11,970 bases of DNA from Gemmatimonadota bacterium (GTDB lineage Bacteria; Gemmatimonadota; Gemmatimonadetes; Gemmatimonadales; GWC2-71-9). Positions 7,505 to 11,970 of the stretch are shown here, one piece after another. Under the pieces are notes generated by a model. That model searched no databases. It saw only the letters and a program-made list of their open reading frames with translations, and was not told the DNA's origin. Both the position numbers and the translations under genes were made by a program. Numbering within the stretch: the first letter of the stretch is position 1; each line of letters opens with the position of its first letter. The DNA is taken from the NCBI GenBank assembly GCA_039588295.1, contig JBDHAB010000071.1, positions 1-11,970 on the forward strand, read 5' to 3'.

Positions 7505-7560
7505 TGGCGAGGACCCCGGATTCGGGATGGCCGAGTATCCCGCCTAGCGATTGCCCCAGC

Positions 7561-7851
7561 ATGTCCCGCGCATTCGTCAACGAAGACGCCCCGGGCCCAG
7601 AGCCCCGCTACTCGCTGCCACCCCGTGACGACCCGGGGTACGACCAAGCGGCAGCGTGGGCGCTCATCGAGGGCGCACACGTCGGTGACTCGTACAGCGC
7701 GGAGCTCGCCACGGGGTACGCGTGGGGTGACCCCACGCTCCGACCGCACGTCGAGCGGATCCTCACCGAGGCACGCGAGCAGGGCAAGGACCGCCTCGAG
7801 CAGCTTGCCGAGCGGTACCTCCGGGCGTCCGACCAAATGAAGGACCGGTAG
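7561..7851 (+). CDS. Small hypothetical helical protein (96 aa) starting MSRAFVNED
   Basis: ATG 7561 to TAG 7851, with GC-rich third codon positions and protein-like composition. It converges on pirin with a 14-nt gap. No clear SD. Confidence 0.7.
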   Translation: MSRAFVNEDAPGPEPRYSLPPRDDPGYDQAAAWALIEGAHVGDSYSAELATGYAWGDPTLRPHVERILTEAREQGKDRLEQLAERYLRASDQMKDR

Positions 7852-7865
7852 GTCTACCCCGCGGT

Positions 7866-8771
7866 TCAGGGGTGCTTGATGAACGTCCCGTCGCGCAGCT
7901 CGGCATAGGCGTGGCGTAGCTCGTCTTCGGTGTTCATCACAATCGGGCCATGCCACGCGACGGGCTCTTCGATAGGCTTGCCCGAGACCAACAGAAAGCG
8001 GATTCCAACGTCTCCCGCCTGCACCGTCACCTCATCCCCACGATCGAACAGAATGAGCGACCGGTTGCCGATCTCGCCGACGGTGTCGGCACCGGCCTCC
8101 CCCGCCCGTTCCGTTCGGACATCACGAGGCCGTGACGCGTCGCGAAACGTGCCCGCACCCTCGAACACATAGGCGAACGCGTGCCGCGTCGTCTCCACCG
8201 GGAGGGTCTTGCGCCGATTTGGCGGCACCCACACGTCGAGGTAGCGCGGATCGGCCGCGATGCCATCCACCGGGCCCGTCTTTCCCCAGAAGCTGCCACA
8301 GATGATCCGGACCCGGGTGCCGTCATCGTCGGTCACCTCCGGGATGCTCTGCGAGGTGACATCTTGATAGCGCGGCGCGGTCATCTTGAGCAACGAGGGC
8401 AGGTTCGCCCACAACTGGAATCCGTGCATGCTCCCCCGCTCGTCGCCCGCCGGCATCTCCTGATGCACGATCCCGCTACCGGCGGTCATCCACTGCACGT
8501 CCCCTGCCCCGAGCGTGCCCTGATTCCCCAAGCTGTCACCGTGGCTCACCGTCCCCGTGAGCACATAGGTGATCGTCTCGATGCCCCGATGGGGATGCCA
8601 AGGAAACCCGGCGCGATAGTCTTCGGGGATCTCATTGCGGAAGTCGTCGAGCAAGAGAAACGGATCGAACTCCTCGGTGGAGCCGAAGCCGAACGCCCGC
8701 CGCAACCGCACGCCGGCGCCTTCGATGGCTGGCTTCGCTTCAATCACCCGCTTGATCGGTCGGATCGACAC
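7866..8771 (-). CDS. Pirin family bicupin protein (301 aa)
   Basis: Motifs EGAGVRLRR, DPFLLLDDF, GFPWHPHRGIETITY, GDVQWMTAGSGIVHQEMP, GFQLWANLP and GPIVMNT. GTG 8771 (MSIRP...) has SD GAGGA 6 nt upstream, so the ORF-track extension to 8882 is not credible. Confidence 0.95.
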   Translation of the reverse strand: MSIRPIKRVIEAKPAIEGAGVRLRRAFGFGSTEEFDPFLLLDDFRNEIPEDYRAGFPWHPHRGIETITYVLTGTVSHGDSLGNQGTLGAGDVQWMTAGSGIVHQEMPAGDERGSMHGFQLWANLPSLLKMTAPRYQDVTSQSIPEVTDDDGTRVRIICGSFWGKTGPVDGIAADPRYLDVWVPPNRRKTLPVETTRHAFAYVFEGAGTFRDASRPRDVRTERAGEAGADTVGEIGNRSLILFDRGDEVTVQAGDVGIRFLLVSGKPIEEPVAWHGPIVMNTEDELRHAYAELRDGTFIKHP

Positions 8772-8810
8772 GGCATGTCCTCGAGAGTGAGTCAGCAGGA
8801 TACCTAAAAC

Positions 8811-8840
8811 AGAATAATCTCGTCGCCTTTGATGTTCCAG
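8811..8840 (-). promoter_or_regulatory. Possible pirin promoter
   Basis: TATTCT on the minus strand (8816-8811) sits in an AT-rich patch 40 nt upstream of the start, the same hexamer as upstream of the kinase. The -35 (CTGGAA at 18 nt) is weak. Confidence 0.3.
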
Positions 8841-9000
8841 CGTGCGCAGCCTACCACCGCCTGACGCACACGAGGGCGACACGAAACTGCGGTGCTCCGC
8901 TCCCGTACTGACAGTCGTAAGCGCGCCCGGTTACCGATTTGATGCATTCCGGGTTCGGGCACTCAGCCGTCCGGTGTCACCTTCGTTGAAGGAGTTTTCA

Positions 9001-10581
9001 ATGATCCGCTCCATCAGGGTTCTCGTGCTCCTCAGCGGCGTCACGGGGATAGCGATTCCAGTGTTTGCTCAGGCCAACGATACCCGCGCGCTGCAGACGG
9101 CGGCGGATTCCGCGCTCCGCCGCGCCGTCGAGACGATCAGCGAGGCCGACTTCCGCGCCAAGCTTGGTGCACTGGCGCACGACTCGACCCGTGGACGCGA
9201 GACACCGAGTCTCGAGCTCGAGCGCGCGACAGAATGGGTTGCCGCGCACTTTCGCGCTGCGGGCCTTCGCCCCGAAGGCGACGCGGGCAGCTACTTGCAG
9301 CGGTTCCAGCTGCGTCACACGCAGCTCGACTCACTGACCACCGTATCCGTTTCGGGACGGGAGTTTTCGGTCACCTGGACGTTGGGCAGCGAGATCACCC
9401 ACGCCGTTGGCGGCCTGCCGGTCGAACTCGACGCCGTGCCGCTGGTCCTGCTGGCCGGTATTCCGGCGGACACCCTGCGGCCGTTCGGTGACGTCTCCGT
9501 CCAGGGCGCCGCAATCCTGCACGTCATCGCTCCCGATCAGCTTCGCGGTTCACTCCTGAATCCGGTGCATATTCGAGCGAACGCCGAGGGTGCCGTAGCC
9601 CACATCGTGGCGATCGAGCTCCCCGCCGAACGGTGGACCCAGCTCGTCCGCGGCTCGTTCCCGGACCGGTGGGAGGTGGTCGGCGTTGCCGCTCGTGACG
9701 GGGACCGCCGTCTCTCGGTGTTCGGGCTTCAGCTCGGTGCGGCATCGGATCTGCTGCGGGCTGTGGGCGAGGACCCCACGACACTCACGAAACCCACCGG
9801 ACAGGGCGTTCGGCCGCTCAACGGATTCGCCATTTCGGTGACGCCACACTACACCGTGGTGCAGGAGCCGACCGTCGCCAACGTGGTCGGCGTGCTGGAA
9901 GGTAGCGACCCCAATTTGCGGGAAGAGGCGATTGTCTTCACGTCCCACATGGACCACGTCGGCGTGATCCCCGGGCGGTGCCGACCGTCCGAAGTGGTGT
10001 CAGCCGACTCCGTCTGCAACGGTGCGGACGACAACGCGTCCGGAACTGTGGGCGTCATCGAGTTGGCCGAGGCGTACGCGGCACTGCCGTCGCGCCCAGC
10101 CCGCACGCTGATCTTCGCAGCCATGACCGCCGAGGAACGCGGGCTCTGCGGCTCTCGCTTTTACGTCGATCATCCGGTCGTTCCTCTCGACCGGACAACC
10201 GCGGTGATCAATCTCGATATGATCGCACGCAACCCGCGGGACACGGTCGGATTTCTGGGGAAGGACTACACATCGTTGGGCGCGCTGATCGACTCGTTGA
10301 TCCACGAGCACCCCGAGCTGCACCTCATGCCTACGGAGCATGCGGGAAGGTACGGGGGCTCGGACCACTACCCATTCGCGCAGCGAGGGGTACCGGCGCT
10401 CTTCTTCTTCAGCGGCGAGCATGACGACCTGCATACCGCGGCCGATAATCCCGAGCGGGCAGATGCAGAGCAGGCCGCCCGAATCGTCCAGCTTGCCTTT
10501 CTCGTCGGCCTCGAGGTGGCGAACGCGGTCGACAGGCCGATCTGGGACCCCGAAGCGCGCAAGGACATTGTGGTCCACTAG
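9001..10581 (+). CDS. Secreted M28 family metallopeptidase with a PA-like insert (526 aa)
   Basis: SD GAAGGAG before ATG 9001 and a Sec signal peptide MIRSIRVLVLLSGVTGIAIPVFA|QA. Metal and catalytic motifs: SHMDHVG, NGADDNASG, AEERGL, NLDMI, SDHYPF, HDDLHTAAD. Confidence 0.92.
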   Translation: MIRSIRVLVLLSGVTGIAIPVFAQANDTRALQTAADSALRRAVETISEADFRAKLGALAHDSTRGRETPSLELERATEWVAAHFRAAGLRPEGDAGSYLQRFQLRHTQLDSLTTVSVSGREFSVTWTLGSEITHAVGGLPVELDAVPLVLLAGIPADTLRPFGDVSVQGAAILHVIAPDQLRGSLLNPVHIRANAEGAVAHIVAIELPAERWTQLVRGSFPDRWEVVGVAARDGDRRLSVFGLQLGAASDLLRAVGEDPTTLTKPTGQGVRPLNGFAISVTPHYTVVQEPTVANVVGVLEGSDPNLREEAIVFTSHMDHVGVIPGRCRPSEVVSADSVCNGADDNASGTVGVIELAEAYAALPSRPARTLIFAAMTAEERGLCGSRFYVDHPVVPLDRTTAVINLDMIARNPRDTVGFLGKDYTSLGALIDSLIHEHPELHLMPTEHAGRYGGSDHYPFAQRGVPALFFFSGEHDDLHTAADNPERADAEQAARIVQLAFLVGLEVANAVDRPIWDPEARKDIVVH

Positions 10582-10589
10582 CCGAGGGG

Positions 10590-10628
10590 ACACCCACGAG
10601 CGTCGCGCCTTGCACGACGTCGGGGTGT
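10590..10628. terminator. GC-rich hairpin between the convergent M28 and MMPL genes, without a U-tract
   Basis: Outer stem ACACCC(A)CGA / TCGGGGTGT. The inner stem on the minus strand is CGTCGTGC-AAG-GCGCGACG with one G.U pair. It fills the 50-nt gap. Confidence 0.4.
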
Positions 10629-10631
10629 GGA

Positions 10632-11969
10632 TCATGCTGCTGACACATCACCCTGCTCTCGGCCAACGACGGCCGCCGCAGCGAACGGCAGAGCAATCAG
10701 CGCCAGCGTGGCGGCGGTAATCGTACCGAGCACCACTGCGAGACCGAAGTGCTGGGTCGGCGGGAACGCGGACAGGCTGAAGATCCCAAAGCCGGCACAG
10801 ATGATCAGCGTCGCTCCTACGATGGGCCTCCACAGCTGCGCCCGCGCCTGGAGCCATGCCTCCCACCGACCTTGTTCCGTCCCAGCGAGCCGGCGTGCAC
10901 GGACCGCGAGATGGATCATGGAGTCGACCCCCATCGCGAGCGAGACGTTCGCGGCCGGCGACGCGATGATATCGAGCGCCGTCCCGAGATGACCCAGTGT
11001 GCCGAGGATCATGAGCGGGATTGCGGTCAGGCTCACGACCATCGCAACGGCGACACGCCTGGAGCGGGACACGACAAACGCGACGCCGACAAATAGCACC
11101 AGCAGTCCACCCATTCCGAGCCGCAGGCTCGCCGCAATGAGGCGTCCCAACTGTCCCTGGAGGTCGTACTGTCCGCCGACCATCACGACGTCGAGCCCGC
11201 TCTGCTGCACGTAACCCTCGACTCTCGCGATCACATCTTTCCGAGGCTCAGCGCGCCCAGATTCCCGCATCCGAGCGTAGAACAGCGCCTGGTCGCGCTC
11301 CGGCGTGACGAAGCTCAACGCGATGCGGTTGAGTCGTGGGCTTTCCAGAATGTCCAGGAGACGACTGCGGCTCAGGAACTGGGCCAGCGGTGCCCGTCTG
11401 GCATCCCCAAGCAGTACTACCGGCGAGAGCACGACCCCCACCGACGAGTCCGCCTCGAGGGCCTCCTGCAACATCGACATCTTTGCGTCGACACCGTCGG
11501 TGTCGATGCGCTCGCCCTCGGGATCCCGCACCACGACATTGAGCGAGCTGCTCCCACCATCGCGGTCGATCGCCTCGAGTCCCCCGCGCAGATCGCTGCT
11601 CGGTGAGAAATACGATAGAAGACCGGGGTCCGTGCTCAGTCGCCGCACGCCAAGCGCGATGAGCGCGACAATCGCAGACATGCCTACCAGCCACCGCGTC
11701 GCGTTGCGAACCGGCAGTCTCGCCCCGATGCGGCGTTCCCAATGCGAGGACTTGGCGCCGCCCGCGACTGGCGGAATCGCGCGCAAGAACGCTGGATACA
11801 CACCGTACGCGATTGCCGCGGCCATGACCGTGCCGATGGCCCCCGCCATTCCCAGCTCCCGGAGTGGTCTCGCCGACGCGACAAGCAGGCTCAGGAAGCC
11901 GCTCAGGGTGGTGAACATGCACCAGAACGACGGCCAGGCAGTCAGCCGCACCGCCTGGTGGACGGGATC
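10632..11969 (-). CDS. MMPL/RND-superfamily transporter, 5'-partial
   Basis: The frame is open to the window end (DPVHQAVRLT...). TM motifs FTTLSGFLSL and LRELGMAGAIG are followed by an extracytoplasmic loop (YFSPSSDLR...GGSSSL) and a second TM bundle with SLAMGVDSMIHL and AGFGIFSLSAFPPTQHFG. Confidence 0.88.
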   Translation of the reverse strand, partial: DPVHQAVRLTAWPSFWCMFTTLSGFLSLLVASARPLRELGMAGAIGTVMAAAIAYGVYPAFLRAIPPVAGGAKSSHWERRIGARLPVRNATRWLVGMSAIVALIALGVRRLSTDPGLLSYFSPSSDLRGGLEAIDRDGGSSSLNVVVRDPEGERIDTDGVDAKMSMLQEALEADSSVGVVLSPVVLLGDARRAPLAQFLSRSRLLDILESPRLNRIALSFVTPERDQALFYARMRESGRAEPRKDVIARVEGYVQQSGLDVVMVGGQYDLQGQLGRLIAASLRLGMGGLLVLFVGVAFVVSRSRRVAVAMVVSLTAIPLMILGTLGHLGTALDIIASPAANVSLAMGVDSMIHLAVRARRLAGTEQGRWEAWLQARAQLWRPIVGATLIICAGFGIFSLSAFPPTQHFGLAVVLGTITAATLALIALPFAAAAVVGREQGDVSAA

Positions 11970-11970
11970 G

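Noticed and set aside
7154..7956. ORFs 7154-7840 (+) and 7501-7956 (-)
   Set aside because: They are low-complexity alternative or antisense frames over better-supported coding sequences.
8772..9000. ORF-track N-terminal extensions of pirin (8882) and M28 (8842)
   Set aside because: They would overlap head to head. SD-supported starts at 8771 and 9001 give family-typical N-termini.
2460..11970. A single multi-gene system (e.g. RiPP cluster or defence island) linking kinase, radical SAM, peptidase and transporter
   Set aside because: The genes alternate strands as separate units, there is no precursor peptide or SPASM/RRE feature, and no defence domains are recognisable.

Overview
GC-rich bacterial DNA, probably Gemmatimonadota. 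This is inferred only from the kinase N-terminus (LERFRAALADRYDIERELGRGGM...ERFLREI), so it is not certain. From left to right the window holds: the 3' part of a large surface or secreted protein made of 342-bp CARDB-like Ig repeats plus a distinct C-terminal beta-rich domain; a hairpin-dense convergent gap with an intrinsic terminator; a membrane Hanks-type Ser/Thr kinase with TPRs (-); a PflX-like radical SAM gene (+); an orphan 3' fragment of an outer-membrane beta-barrel gene (-); a 96-aa hypothetical protein (+); pirin (-); a secreted M28 metallopeptidase (+); and the 3' part of an MMPL/RND transporter (-). I found no rRNA, tRNA, CRISPR array or transposase. The best leads are the twin-arginine-like leader on the radical SAM enzyme, its structured 5' region with SAM-riboswitch-like motifs, the higher-order mosaic repeat array, and the truncated beta-barrel junction. 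All family calls come from recognising motifs by eye; no database searches were run.
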